Below, in pieces: positions 1-12,798 of a stretch of DNA of 64,000 nt. The notes beneath the pieces are model-generated. The model made no database searches and was not told where the DNA came from. It saw only the letters and a list, made by a program, of their open reading frames with translations. Made by a program: the position numbers and the translations under genes. Origin of the DNA: Tricharina praecox (taxonomy: Eukaryota); the NCBI RefSeq assembly GCF_024521635.1, contig NW_026250404.1, forward strand, positions 682,001 to 746,000, in the 5' to 3' direction. Positions within the stretch are counted from its first letter, which is position 1, and each line of letters starts with the position of its first letter.

Positions 1-6
1 TCAATC

Positions 7-2121
7 CTAGTACTTAGTCCGCAAAGACCGGATCTTCTCATCGTGCCAGTTACCGCCGGCGATATCACCCTCCAATTCAAACAGCCTCTCCTGCTTCTCC
101 ACCGGCTGGGCCGCCTTCTTCCTTTCGGCCAAATACGCTTCGATCTCCGCATCAAGGGCGCATTTTGGAGCGACCACCGGCGACCTCGCCTTCTCAGCGA
201 GCAGCTTCTTCCGTCTCGCAGCCAGCATCGCCTCGAGTTCCAACTCCATCTGCAAATCATCCGAGACTCCATCGTACATGCCACTTACGTAGTCGCCATC
301 GTAATCGTAGCCCATTTGGCTATCGGGCTTTATCACGCCCATGTGTCTATTGACGTTGTGGATGTTGTGAGTGCCCCCGTAAAACCCGTCATCTTCTCCG
401 ATCGTGCCCAGGCCTAGACCCTGGCCCGTATCGTAGGATTCATATTGATACGCGTCGATGGACGATGCGTGGGATGTTCTCCCGCCGGAATCCAATGATG
501 TAGTTGCGGTCGGTGTCCTGGGGAACGAGCGTCCGCGGGACGAAGAGCTTCGAACAGTTGACCGGGAAGACGATCTCGAGTGTGGCCGGGAGTGGGACCT
601 GGAGGAGGATGAGGAGTGGCTGTGCTGCAGGGACAAGGCTTCTCCATAAACTGCACCCTCGGGGTTCAATACAGAGGCTCGCTGCAACTGGTCAATCTCG
701 GGCTTGGGTGCTTGGATAAGCGGACTGGGATTTTCAGAGTGTGGCGACCCCGAATAAAATGATTCCGCCCACTCGGCAATGTCAATGTCGTAGTCGGTAT
801 CTGCAGTTGTCGGCCGGCCCAGGCCTTGCTTCTCAGTATATCGACTTCTACCGGCGGCAGAAGGCACTATCAGTGGGGCCAGGTTTGCGTAGGTGTTCTC
901 GGTTCGTGGTCCAGTCGGTAGGTGAGTGACCGTTCTTGGAACGCTCTGGGATCGTGATCCGTCCTGCACTGTTCGTGAAAGCGATTCATCCTTGCGACGA
1001 TAATTGCTCACGGCACCTCGCGATGATGACCTAGCGACAGGGGGCGAAATTTCACTTCCAGGAAGTTCGGCAACAAAGGCACCCCCGGTGACAGGCGGGC
1101 CCGTGGCCACCGAGTCAGGAGACCACGGCTGGTAGTAACCACCCGTTTGCACGGTGCTTTTGGAATCGGAAGTCCCGTCCTCCTGCGAAGCACCATTCTT
1201 CCTTCCGAACCTTCTCGCAATGCTGGCCACGAATTCGTCGGCAGCACTTCTTCCCGGTGGCAGCTTATTCTCGGCTGGATAAATTCCAAGTACCGTCTCC
1301 AGCACCTTCTTTTCCGGGGCCTTTTTTGCTTTTGGGGTTGCGTTCGATGGCCTCTGACCACTATCGCCGTCAATCCCCGCTGTTCGAGGGTCGGGTATCT
1401 GCTGTCCCTTTAGCGAGCGCGAGCGCGAGCGGGCGCCGGATGCGAGTGAGGGCGGTGGTGGCTTAGATAGAGAGGACTCGGTGCGACCGGACGCTGCGTT
1501 GGATGTTGTCGAACGGTGTAAAGTGGCCTCTATTGACGGATATCCGCCTTTTTCTCGGGACGCGGTAGGTGGTGACAAGGAACCGGAATGCTGCGGCTTG
1601 TCGGAATAGCTTCGTTCCGGAGCCCTCGGCCGAGAGCGCTCTCTTCCGGCGGTGATACTGTTCTCTCGAGAGGGTTTGCTTCGTAGTTGAGGGGGAGCTT
1701 GTGTTGGGAGTCCATGTGTGCGCGGAAGGGAATGTTCTGATTGTTTGCGAGGAAAAGAGTGGGAGCTGGACGAAGCGGGGCTTTCGCTAGTCGGCCAGTA
1801 TTCGATATTCGTTGCCCCGGACATAGGTCCCGTGGTATCGTAACTGTATTTGGGCGGTATTGAACGGTCCGGATGTCCTGCCGGCGCTGCATCCCTCCTC
1901 ATCGAACCACTGACATGAGAACGCGCCTTCTCGGCCATCAACAACCTCATGCTTTGATCCAACTCATACTGTGAAGATGTATGGGCACTGGAAGATATCC
2001 GAGGAGGGTACGGGCGCTTTGAAGTAGTCCGAGATTCTGGTCGATCCGACGGAGGGCATGGGATGCTGCCTGACATAGCTGGTTGTTGGTATTGCTTGCT
2101 TGCGTTTCGACTCCGTTTCAA
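7..2121 (-). CDS. Hypothetical Ser/Pro/Arg-rich disordered protein (~690-700 aa)
   Basis: Uninterrupted 704-codon frame ending in TAG at 7-9. The listed start is TTG; the first in-frame ATG is at 2076, and an upstream exon is possible. Low complexity, with a charged, probably helical C-terminus (ELELEAMLAARRKK) and ELPG/ELEG motifs. No recognisable domain. Confidence 0.75.
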   Translation of the reverse strand: MKRSRNASKQYQQPAMSGSIPCPPSDRPESRTTSKRPYPPRISSSAHTSSQYELDQSMRLLMAEKARSHVSGSMRRDAAPAGHPDRSIPPKYSYDTTGPMSGATNIEYWPTSESPASSSSHSFPRKQSEHSLPRTHGLPTQAPPQLRSKPSRENSITAGRERSRPRAPERSYSDKPQHSGSLSPPTASREKGGYPSIEATLHRSTTSNAASGRTESSLSKPPPPSLASGARSRSRSLKGQQIPDPRTAGIDGDSGQRPSNATPKAKKAPEKKVLETVLGIYPAENKLPPGRSAADEFVASIARRFGRKNGASQEDGTSDSKSTVQTGGYYQPWSPDSVATGPPVTGGAFVAELPGSEISPPVARSSSRGAVSNYRRKDESLSRTVQDGSRSQSVPRTVTHLPTGPRTENTYANLAPLIVPSAAGRSRYTEKQGLGRPTTADTDYDIDIAEWAESFYSGSPHSENPSPLIQAPKPEIDQLQRASVLNPEGAVYGEALSLQHSHSSSSSRSHSRPHSRSSSRSTVRSSSSRGRSFPRTPTATTSLDSGGRTSHASSIDAYQYESYDTGQGLGLGTIGEDDGFYGGTHNIHNVNRHMGVIKPDSQMGYDYDGDYVSGMYDGVSDDLQMELELEAMLAARRKKLLAEKARSPVVAPKCALDAEIEAYLAERKKAAQPVEKQERLFELEGDIAGGNWHDEKIRSLRTKY

Positions 2122-4001
2122 CTGGGCGCTTTGATTGGCGACTCAGGAACGCTGACGCCAACAACCGTGGATAAAAGAGAACAGGCTCTCCAGTCGGACG
2201 GAGGGCGAGATATATGTACGAGGCGGACGCCCTGTATTAACTGCTTTATGCTGTCTACCTTATCAGCTCAGATTGACTGGGTTCCCAGGAATCCAGCACG
2301 GTAACTACGGCTGAATCTGTGAAGAACAGGGTGGCATACCGGTGAAGTGCGTGCGCAGTATCCGAAAGCTGTAGCTTGTGCGGGGACAAAGGAAGGAAGC
2401 CGTGCGCAACAATTGATTGGCGATATACTACAGAGGGAGAGTATATCGAAAAGAGATAAAATTCAACGAGAGGGAAGGCGTCGGTTAAGCAACAAGAAGG
2501 AATGGAGAGAAATGGGGGATGACGAGGCGTAGGGACGAAGGCCTGGGGGATTTAGGGGAGAGGGATGGCGGTGCCTGAGGAAGATGTACTGTACGTGCAC
2601 TTTACAAACAATCTGGCAAGATTAAAAAGGTACCGAAAGCGGAATTAGGGGACGGTCCCAGGGCTGATATATAGAGCAATCGTTATTGCCGCCGGGAATG
2701 GAACGGACAGGAGGCTTCTGACACCACAGTCCGCACGCACCGATGTGGCGGTCCTCCTGATAAGATCGTCAAGGCATATTCTTTCCCGTTGGTATGTACC
2801 GTCTACGCGCGTACGTTCGCCGACCACCTTCCAGAGGCCTGTCTCAGCGAAACATCTGTGAAGAGAGCCTCGCGCAATCTGTAACTACTCTACAGGTACG
2901 TATCGCCATCACGCGGCGCGTCTGGTGAGCAGGTAAGTAGATCCAAAAAGTCTACTTTGCGGTCAACGGCCCTACTCGGGTGGTGAGCACCGTACCGCGC
3001 CGCTATCAGCGCCACAAGCTCGGACTTCGAGGTCGCCGAGTCCGCGGCGGTACAGACTATTCGGAGATTCGAAGCTTAGCCCGCCACCGCCACCGCGCGG
3101 GATCTGCCTTCCCTGAGAAGGCCGGTGAGACCTGAGCTGCGGATCCCGAGAAACAAAGCCGTGGTCTGTGCTGCAGCTTCCGTGACGCAAATAACTAAAG
3201 TAGAACGGGCCTGGTCTGAAGAATTCCTCCGAGGCCGGAGATTTGCCTGGCCATTCGACGAACGAAGAACCAAGATCATGCGGCCGGTTCTTGTTGTGGG
3301 GGTGGATTTTCTGACTGCTGAATCACTGTTTAGATGCAGCACTGAGACGACGAATATCCGGCCCTGCAACCATCAGCAATAACGAAGATGACGGCTCGGT
3401 TCAGATCCCGTCGCGACAGGTTCGCTAGGTAGGTTTGCGGGAAGGCACTTCAACCGCTCCATGGGTTAGGGTTGGTATGTGGAAGATCACGGAGGTCCTT
3501 CCAACCCCTTTCAACCAGAGTACTCTACTTCCAGGCAACTTGGCTAATAGTAGGGTACCAAGTAGATACGGTATGCATCAAGTTCCGTCCGTTGGGGACT
3601 TGTGGGCAAATGCCGCGTTGGCCCTCCTCGGGTGTTGCCTAGCACTCGTCTGGGGAAGCATGCCGCACTTCGGCGGTTCAGTCGCAAGACGAACCCGAAC
3701 CTTTTGCTCGAAAACGATTGTAGCTTTATTCAAATTCAATAACTAAACCCTTCTGTAGTATAAAAAGACCGTGACATTTTTGAACACCCAAAAAAACACA
3801 CCCAACCGCCCCAATGAAAAGCCCAGAACTCCTGCTCCCAGTCCAAGTCGTTATCCATAACCATGTAAAACCCATGCCCACGTCAACTGCCCTGCAGCTG
3901 GCGAGGGAAGAAACCCCGAACCGGACCGTGAAAATAAATAAAACGAAAGACAGAATGAAAGAAGGAAAACACATGCTAAAGACCCTCGCGCGTGCATAAG
4001 A

Positions 4002-4772
4002 TCATTGGAATCCACAATCGATGGTATAGCTTGCCTGCGAACTCCGAGCGCTCGACGCGGCATATATTGCGGACGGCAGCGGAAGCGGAAGCGGCGGCGT
4101 CAGATAAGGCCGCTCTACTGCGGTTCCTGTCGACACAGCCCGAGCGGCGTTCGTCTGTGCGATGACTATCAAGGAACCGCGGCCGCCCTGGAGTTCCTCG
4201 ACGGTGAGACTCATCGGCGTACGATCGATCTCAGTATCAATCTTGGGAAGCTCGAAGTCGAAGCGAAATCCCGCATGGCTCTCAGGGAACGTGGGAGATG
4301 TGCTTGTTGGTAGGGGCGACGGGAGGGGCGATGGCAGTAAGGACGGTGGTGGCGATGGCAGCGGAGATGGTAGCGGCGATGAGCGGGGTGATTGGGGGGG
4401 CGAGGTATTCAATTGCTCGATAGTGGTCTTCAAAGTCCTTGCCAGAGACCGACATTTAGTGAGAGTGGGATTGCTCAGCGGTGGGATATCCAAAGTCAGA
4501 GGAACACGAGTGGGGACGGGTTTCCGGCGGGGAGGTGGTGAAGCGCCTGGAATCCGAGTTGGAGTCTTTGGCCGAGCAGGAGGCAGGAATTCAGCGGGCG
4601 CTTCGGTCGCCTGTTCGGCCTTTTCGTTGCCTTCTTCGGCGCTTCGTAGGACGTCCCGCTGCCGGGCCGCTTTCCTTCGCTGGGATAGAAGCAAGAATGC
4701 CAGCATTCCGATGATTGACCCGACCATGCCGATGGCACAGCCAAGGAGAATATTGCCAGCTTGCGCCTGCAT
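4002..4772 (-). CDS. Hypothetical single-pass membrane protein with Pro-rich tail
   Basis: 256-aa ORF with a hydrophobic segment (ILLGCAIGMVGSIIGMLAFLLL) followed by RRK, then SPLP repeats. Splice-like signals at ~4775-4850 suggest an additional upstream exon. Confidence 0.6.
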   Translation of the reverse strand: MQAQAGNILLGCAIGMVGSIIGMLAFLLLSQRRKAARQRDVLRSAEEGNEKAEQATEAPAEFLPPARPKTPTRIPGASPPPRRKPVPTRVPLTLDIPPLSNPTLTKCRSLARTLKTTIEQLNTSPPQSPRSSPLPSPLPSPPPSLLPSPLPSPLPTSTSPTFPESHAGFRFDFELPKIDTEIDRTPMSLTVEELQGGRGSLIVIAQTNAARAVSTGTAVERPYLTPPLPLPLPSAIYAASSARSSQASYTIDCGFQ

Positions 4773-6099
4773 GTCTGTTGTAAAAAGAGTGTCTGTGAGC
4801 GTCGATTAGCAGAGAGAGGAGGACATATCGATGGTTTGCCTGTGTACCTACGTTGATTGGAACGTCGGGATCTGTTAACGAGCGATAATCTCCGCGAACC
4901 TCAAGAGGGAGATGGGAGGAAAAGATCGTCTTATACCCACCTACCTACGACTTCACGAACGACGGTACTTGCCACTCGAGCTTGACCGTAGGGCAGAGGC
5001 AGGCGTGCATCTTCGTTGAAGGCAGCTACCACGGCCACATGGGTGCCGTGAATGTTCGACGTCCCTACGCGGCTGGGCCGTATTCCGCTCTGAGGGGTGG
5101 GCTCATTTCTGTCAGTAAAGAGGGGGGGGCGAAGCTGGACGGAGAGGCGGGGTAGGTGGGAGGAGACCTACATCTGTGGCTAGTGATTTGTTGGGGTGTT
5201 GCACAGCCTCGCTTCAGTGTATCGCTGCAAACTGCTTCTGGCCCCTATGCACAACCTCTGTTGTCGCCTGCGGTTGATTGCTTTCTCCAGAGTTCAGCTG
5301 CGACTCCTCCTTACCACCACCATAACGCCAATAACCCCGCACCCGCCTTTCAGACACCTCTTCAAATCGACGTTTATGGGTTCTCCAGCCGATTGTTTGT
5401 CTGCGTGATGCCCGCAGGATACGGCCAACCAGAACGCTTTTCACTTTCCGCGCTAATCAAAAACAACCAGCCATCCATATCTACGGTACTTTATGGTAGA
5501 GAGGTTGTATGTATGCCAACCGAATGTGTCATCACCAATAGACTTTCTTCCAATTGATCACGATTTTGAACCTTCACCAGTTTTGGCCTCTCGGTGCGCA
5601 GGTAAATTGGGTCGCGGACGGTGCTGAGGGGGAAGACCAAAGGCGGCCAGACTCCAGAGTTTATATTTCTTTCTTCCAAGTTCCGTTGCCCTGTCCTCCT
5701 GTTTTATTGTCGGTTTGGTTCCGGCCCCTTTTCTCTATTCCAATGCCACTGCTTCTTCCCATTATCCCTCGCGGCTCCGGTGGCATACGGACTCCGGAGC
5801 ACGAGCATCTGAGTGATTGCGTATGACTTCATCGTCCTTGTCATTCCCGATCATCGCGAACCATTCAATATCTCTTAGGCTCCGTTCGGTGCCGTACGTG
5901 ATAAATATTATACCACCCAAATTTTAATGTACGCAACATAAAAAAGACGCTGAGCGTTCGGCGCAACGACTTTGAGAAAATATGATCGTTGTAATTCAGC
6001 CACATCGTATTTCTTGCGTATTTCTCTAAGCCTCCACCAAAAAATAGACTATGCTGGCATTCGTCACCAGATCCCCCTGAAGCCGTACAACAACATCCA

Positions 6100-6332
6100 G
6101 AATGTCCGCCGGTTGCAGTCTCCTCACCCTAGAAAATATCAATCACGACTACTTCCAACCGATGCGCTATGTCAGTGAAAGAGCAGCTTGCGATATTTCT
6201 CAAAAAATTGTTGGCGAGAACGCGTCCAACCGTATGGCACAAGAACCATTCCAACGAAGTGGCGACACGATCAGCCGTACTTCTAACAACATTTTCAACG
6301 CGATGGTAGAGCTTTACACTGTAATTGAGTAG
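6100..6332 (+). pseudogene. Frameshifted N-terminal fragment of a PIF/Harbinger (DDE_Tnp_4-type) transposase
   Basis: Reading across frameshifts gives RYVS...EQLAIFL...IVGENASNRMAQEPFQRSGDTISR...IFNAMVEL. This matches the pattern I recall for the Harbinger N-terminal helical region (VSvEEQLAIFL..vG.n.s.R..qerFQrSgeTISR). No catalytic DDE region is visible. Confidence 0.75.
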
Positions 6333-6602
6333 GCGAACACACTGTGTACTGGGCACTGTTGTGGGCTGTAGAATAGTTACCCTATATACAAGCTGCCCAC
6401 TGCCTGCCATCTTCCCCCGTTGTCTATCTCCTATTTCCGACTGTCCATCACCTGTACGGTATCTCTGTTTCTGCCTCAACATTTTCACCCACCAGGACGC
6501 GATGCAGTAGAGAGGACATACTTGGGAAGAGGAGAAGGACTCGAGAAAGTAGTTGAGTAGAGGCGGTGGTGTAGTTCTGTCGTGTCGTCGCATCGTCGCG
6601 TC

Positions 6603-6660
6603 GCTGTGTTGCTGTGTTGCTGTGTTGCTGTGTTGCTGTGTTGCTCTGTTGCTCTGTCGC
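6603..6660. repeat. (GCTGTGTT)n 8-bp tandem repeat inside the Harbinger element
   Basis: About 7 units, the last ones degenerate. Confidence 0.9.
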
Positions 6661-7292
6661 CGAGTCTCTATGTCCGTCTAACCATGTGACTAGTTCTCCT
6701 GAACGGTGCTCTGCGCACCCTCTTACCAACTGTTTCAACTTTCACCTTTGGTGGAAGTAGTATAGTACAGTGTGGCGTAGAGAGGTTGTCGAGTGTGAGA
6801 TACGGAGAAAGTGGTGTTGCCGAACAGATATCTGAGATGCCTGGGCGCCAAGTTGCTACGGACTAGTGGACCGTTTATTATTTATTGCGTAGTAAAAAAT
6901 AAACGTACGGCACCGAACGGAGCCTAATATACAAGTGTAATATGGTACAACGTGCGCATTTGGCGCCTGCCCCGGCCCCCGTCAGCCGCCGAGGCGCATC
7001 AACAGAAGAATGAAATCCCAACCTGTATCGACAATCTCCCACTCCACCAGCATTTACATAAAAGCATACCTAGGCAAGAGATAAAGAAACAAAATAGCTC
7101 CCCAAGAGAAAACCACAGACAGATCAAGAGCTCGGTGGGTAACCGCTATGTAAGTAAGTGCTACAAGCAAGCAGCAAAGGAAAAAGCGAAAATCAAAGTC
7201 TCCCTTACTTGAAGAAGAAAGAAAAAAGTCTCTGAAAAGAAAACGCCAGCTATCATAAGAAATACCCCAACTCCAGCGCTCAACGTGTTTAC

Positions 7293-10200
7293 CTACTTCG
7301 CGAAAGAAAACCCTCTCTTCTTCTGCACCCGCATGCCTCTCAGGGTTCCTTTTCTCCCCACGGGCCGGCCAACTTCAACTACCAACATTCGTGCAAAGTC
7401 TCGGCTCGAGAGGTAGCTACTGTGTGCTCCCAGCATGTTGAGATACTGGTTCTCCAGTGGGTTCGCGAGGTTGAGATACCAGTCCAATTGTCCGTTGTCG
7501 TTCAAAAGGAAGAACCGCTTTTCGGCCAGCTCCTCGCGTGAGAAGTCATGGGTTTCTAGTTCGATGTTGGAAGGTAGGCGCGCGATCGTGGGATGCTGGG
7601 CGGCGTGCGGGGACCCATCGAATGGAGATGTGTTCTCCGAAGAGACGCCTGGGATTACGTAGCGGATGGTCGAGGAGATGGCATCGAAGAATGAGACGTT
7701 TGTGGACGGGACAAATGCGGTTTTGAGGGTCGAGGCGTAGTCGGTATCGACGGTGGGGTTGAGGCGGTACGCAATGGCTATCGAGAGTGTCAGTATCTAT
7801 TGTGCTGTTATGTCCCCACATGAATGCAACTTACGATCAGAATAATGGAGCACGTTATAAATGTTGTCGACAGACATGCATCCATATTTCCCTGCCTCAC
7901 CTGCGACCCCAGGTTCCCTATCCTCTCCATAGCTGCCTGGTTTATTTCGTCCTTTGCGGGGCAACAGCATACCTATCAACGGTCAGGAGTGTTTTCTTTG
8001 AACTAAAGGGACGAAACCACTTACTCCTGTTGAGCAATAGGAAGAATGCCGCCGGCGCACCGCAGAAAAAGATGTTCGAAGTGTTGAAGTCAAAGTGCTC
8101 ATCTTGGTGTTGTATACCGGAATCCCGGTTCCTCCTCTTTCCCCAACCACTGCCACTGGAAGGCGGAGGTGGAGGATTAGGATCATAAATGGTATGGGTC
8201 GGCTGTTTGCTCAGAATATCCAGGGCCAGCGCAGTCCCAAGCGAGTGAGCGATGATGTGAACCCGTCCTTCCTTCTCGAAGCCTGGATTATTCTTGCACC
8301 AAAGTCTGTAGACACGATTCGCTTCGGTGATGACTGCTTTTATCATCTTCTCTTTGTGGTGGCTCAGATAGTAAGGAATATCGAGCATCACATCGCCGAT
8401 CAGATTTCGGACTGCAGGAATACTCGGCGGCGTAATATCGTTCAGGTTGAATTTATTGGTATCGGTTTCCGACTCATCTAGGTGATTTTCTTCGATTCCT
8501 TCGAATGTCAGATTATGCCTCCAATTAATCTGCATCACAAGTCAGCACGTGATACCCATGATCATCAACGCCCCAGCCCCCCACCACTTACCGGAAGCAC
8601 CATTAACCCCACACCATCCCTCAAATGTGGCCTAACCATTTCATTCGCCAACTCAACGTTGAGCAACCGCCTGAAAGAATTGATGTAATGCGTAAAGTGG
8701 AAGCTCTCCACTCGTTCGGAAAGCTTTTGACCGATTCTGCAAACATGATGATGTTAGAATCAACTCAACTGCTATGGATGATCTAGCCTTACCCATGAAT
8801 TACTAGGAATAGATCCGTCACCTTCCCGCGTTGTTCATCATTCTCGCCTAGGCCCAGGCCTTCTTCCTGGTGCTGTACAAAGCTTCCGACATCACCTCCC
8901 GCCTGAAACTCGGAATTAATCGCTGGGGTACGCCTTGGATTGTTCGGCATGGGAGTCTTCTTTTCGACAACGTAGTGATTCCTGTTCTTAGCCGGGGTTG
9001 GTGCAGGCTGAGGTTTCCGCCGCGGAGGATGGAGCTTGAGCCATTCTGCTTCCGAGAATCCCCGAACCACATGCGTGCCAACGGGTTTCCCCCTACGGAT
9101 GTTGGCGAGCGGTCGTTTTTGCCCGAAGGAAAGCATGCTGTCTCTGCAGATATAGGCATCTCTGCCGTTCACGAAAAGAACCCAATCCCATTCGTTCGGC
9201 TTTAACCTGGACGGTGGGTCGTTCGGATTTGAGGTCCCTGTGGTGGTCTTGGAGGCGGTGGGGGCAGTGCCATCGAGCATCTGCGACTCCATAACACCAG
9301 AGCTCCCAGGGCGACTGTTCGGAACAGAAATACTACTAGTGTCCCAAAGCTGCCATCGCACCTTTTCCTCACCCTCTCTCCCAACTTCGACAGCACTGGA
9401 CAGCTCCATATCCCACTCTTCGGTCCACGCGCGTACCTCTTCCCAGCCCATCTCCAGTCTATTCGCAATTTCCGCCTCCACCGGAAGCATGGTATCTTTG
9501 TAAAACCAGGTACCGCGCACTACCGAGGATACGTCGTGCAGTGGACTCCAATAAATTGGCGCCATCACCAAGCTCGGAAGAAGCACTTTGTGTAACCTCT
9601 GGATGCCAACCGGAATTTCCTTCTGCGGTGGCGGCGGCGCGCTTGGGGATGCTGGCGGTCTCTTACCGGTCATACTAGAACGTCTCGAAGAGCTTGCCGA
9701 GGATTGCTGCTGAGGCATGGTGGAATTCCGTGAAAGCGAAAGCGATCGTATGAAGGGGTTTCGCGTCGTAGTGGTGTTGGCCGCCGTTGCCTCCGTGCCT
9801 GCCGTGAAAGTCGAGACGTTGCTGGGGGCAGATGAAGGGGCAAATAGAGAGCCCAGGCGGCCTCCCGAGACTATCGAGGACCTCCGCTCAAGCATCGAGC
9901 CCTGTGTCGGAGCAGTGGACGCGGACGTGGAAATCTCATCTTTGAGCTGTAGTTCGTCGTCCTCCACGTTGAATATAGGGTGTCCCTCGAGTGCTGCCTC
10001 ACGGGATCGCGATGATTCCGTACGCTTTACACGGTGTTCGCGGTGTTCACGTGGCTTCGGCGAGCGCGAGCGCGAGGTAGATTTCGAGGTGTTCTGGCCG
10101 GTGCGGTTGGGACCTCGGGATTGGTTCTCGCGTAGAAGCAGCTGATAGGCACCTTCGAGGGCGGACGAGTCGTATTTTGAGAAAGGACGCGGCGGCTGTC

Positions 10201-10318
10201 TCACGGTCTGGGGGCCGGTGGTAGGAAGCGGCGAGAGGGGGTCATCGATGGCCTGCGAGGAGGTGTAGAACCAGTATGCCTTGAGCTGCGGAGGCGGCGT
10301 AGAAGGAATGTGGGCCAT
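7293..10318 (-). CDS. DDL1: DDHD-domain phospholipase A1 (yeast Ddl1/YOR022C family), 5 exons
   Basis: Approximate exons: 10318-8793, 8736-8592, 8529-8025, 7972-7835, 7777-7293, all GT-AG. Motifs: PIYWSP..D...VVRGTWFY, DLFLVIHGIGQKL, LPINWR, DVMLDIPYY, lipase motif HIIAHSLG, and C-terminal NGQLDW...ENQYLNMLGAHSSY. Confidence 0.9.
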
Positions 10319-10577
10319 AAGGAGTCCGGTACGTATGGGGGTCGAAAGACGAAGTTGTGCCCAGAAAAGAGCCACCTGTCGAAGGTTTCTCCGAAGCCCG
10401 AACTAGCCAAGTAGCTACCAGGAAGGCACCCCCGAAGACGGGTAGATAACCGAAAGCTGGGGGAGAAACGGCAAGGAGTCTGTAAGTAGTAGTGATCTCT
10501 CGGTGACTAGGGGTGGGGATGAGCGAAGGGGATGGTTTCGATGGTATGGAGGGAGTTGTTCCAGCGAAGCTTGGTAT

Positions 10578-10622
10578 GGGGAGTGAATGAGTGCCGTGGG
10601 GAGTGAATGAGTGCCGTGGGGG
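10578..10622. repeat. 20-bp direct repeat (GGGGAGTGAATGAGTGCCGT) x2
   Basis: Two exact tandem copies upstream of the DDHD gene. Confidence 0.85.
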
Positions 10623-11727
10623 GAGTAGGACGGTGAACTTTGATTGTTGAGATGTACGGAATGGAGTGTTGAGTGGCTTCTGTGCGCAACTGCAAGTGGG
10701 TGACGTATCAAGACACGAGCTCGAAGCGCGTGCAGCTCCCCCTGCAAGGAAGGCAAGGCAGCAAGGATTGTTCTTCTTTCTCGTTTCCTCTATGACTCGA
10801 CTTTCGATCGTCCGTCTAGGCAGAAAGTCCGGATCGAGAGTCGACGATGTGAATTCTGTCTTCAGCTTCCTCCGACCTTTAGTTACGCGAGTACAAACCT
10901 TACGTGCAAACCCGAAAAGTAAGTATAGTAGTCCTATCAACGTCCGGACAATTCTAACGCGACTTCCCTCCCACACTTCAATGATTCAGCATTAGGATGA
11001 GTGGTACCTTTGCAACTGCATGCACCGATGTACCGTATGTAAAGGTATATGTACTCCACACATGACTCCCGCATTGCCGGGACAAAGAACTGTGTGGATA
11101 AGTAAGTTCGCAGGGCTTGTTCCTGCGGCCGCATTGGTATGCATACGTGAGCAGCTGGCATTAGAGTACTCTACACCTGAGTTGGTTAAAAGCAGCCCTC
11201 GCCCTTTGCTCCATGTAGCATCATCGAGACTTAGAGCGAGTATCTTGAGTGTGCATACTTCGGCAAGTAACCAAGTCATCGCGGCTGCGTGGCATCGAAG
11301 CATCGTCGGGGCTCGAAGCCGGCTGGCTGGCTGGCGCGATGTCGGGTCGAGAGCAGGACTTCAGGCCAAACTTGTGTCGGTATGTAGCAACGATTTAGTG
11401 GCCGCTAGTTCGCAGGCGGTGGTCACACGTGCCAAAACGTCAACCCGCCTACATACACCTTACCACGATAAAAAGCAGGCGCAAGTAAAATGTATGAAAC
11501 ACTCCAAAGATAAGCAGAATCAACTTTCCCATCTCTTAATGACCATTGTGTGAGATCTATTGCCAAAGCTGGTCATTTGGGTACTCTGGTTGCTGCTCGA
11601 TCGTGCTATGTAATGCCGTCACTGGCTGCATGCCTGGCTGTGAGGCGAGGTGCTCACACTTCCAACCGCAAACGCCTCAAGATACCCGCACAGCTCTTTC
11701 AGCTCTCGCCCATCGACATCATCGACA

Positions 11728-11797
11728 ACCACCACTACCACCGCCACCACTACCACCACCACCAGTACCACCACTACTACAACTACTACCACTATCA
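11728..11797. repeat. (ACC/ACT)n trinucleotide microsatellite upstream of the VAMP7-like gene
   Basis: Seen directly. Confidence 0.85.
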
Positions 11798-11870
11798 CGA
11801 TAGCGTCTGCCTTTGGTTCAGCTCTTGAATCCCTGATAACAGAATCCACCACAACCGCGTATCGGCAAAT

Positions 11871-12798
11871 ATGGCGTCCTCCTCAGCGCCTCTCCTATAG
11901 TTCGTTTCTTTCTCCTCTCGCCCCGCCTGGTTCATTCGCCGGATACTGTGAAACACGAATGCTAACCTCTCTGTCTTCCCGATAGTTCTTGCATCGCAGC
12001 GGGTACCACAATTTTGAGCGAGCATTCTCCATCCGGCACGGCCTCTTCCAACGCGTCCTCTCTCGCATCCCTCATTCTCCCAAAGATCACCCACACTTCG
12101 GCGCAGAAGCTCACCTATACTCATGGCCCACACAACGTCCGGTCACCCCTTGTATCACCCCACTTATGTGCCTCCCGTCTTCTAATGCGTGGTATGTGTA
12201 GATTCACTTCATCGCCACCGCGGCTTCCTCGGACCTCCCGGCGGGCCTCACGTTTCTCGTGATCTCTCCTGCCGCCGTCACTCGTAAGCTGCCCTTCGGC
12301 TTCCTCCTTGAGATCCAGCGCCTCTTTACGTCTCGCTACACCCCGTCGCTCCTGGCGCAGGCCCCTCCGTACGGCTGCGCCGAATTTAACAACACCCTCA
12401 AAGCCACCATGCACCAGTTCTCACAGGGCGGCGAGAACGAAGATGTGGTGGCCAAGGCGCAACGCGAGATCGATAGTGTACGCGGGATCATGACCGAGAA
12501 CATCGAGCGTGTGCTCGAGCGTGGAGAGAGGATTGATCTTTTGGTGGACAAGACGGCCGGATTACAGACGGGTGCACGTGAGTTTAGGGTACGCTCGAGG
12601 GGATTGAGGAGACGCATGTGGTGGAAGAACACCAAGCTTATGATTTTGCTGGTGTTCGTGTGCATCTTCTTGCTCTATCTGTTTGTCGGCTTTGGATGCG
12701 GATTGCCAGGTATGATTTGTCCCCTGTCCTCCTTCCGATTACTTGGGATTGACGTAGGGCTAACGGATCACCAAGGCTGGAGCCGGTGTATTGGTTGA
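11871..12798 (+). CDS. VAMP7: Longin-domain R-SNARE (VAMP7/Sybl1/Nyv1-like synaptobrevin)
   Basis: ATG at 11871 (MASSSAPLLY|SCIAAGTTILSEH), with introns at ~11900-11985, ~12137-12201 and ~12709-12775. R-SNARE motif EIDSVRGIMTENIERVLERGERIDLLVDKT...RRRMWWKN, followed by a C-terminal TM helix. Confidence 0.92.

Larger units (their letters stand above)
5878..6924 (+). mobile_element. Degenerate, non-autonomous PIF/Harbinger-type DNA transposon (~1047 bp)
   Basis: Perfect 22-bp TIRs GGCTCCGTTCGGTGCCGTACGT (5878-5899) and its reverse complement (6903-6924), flanked by TTA on the left and TAA on the right. Contains an internal transposase remnant. Confidence 0.85.

Noticed and set aside
10242..11553. 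ORFs of 244 and 177 aa between the DDHD and VAMP7 genes
   Set aside because: Divergent promoter/UTR region; no protein-like features.
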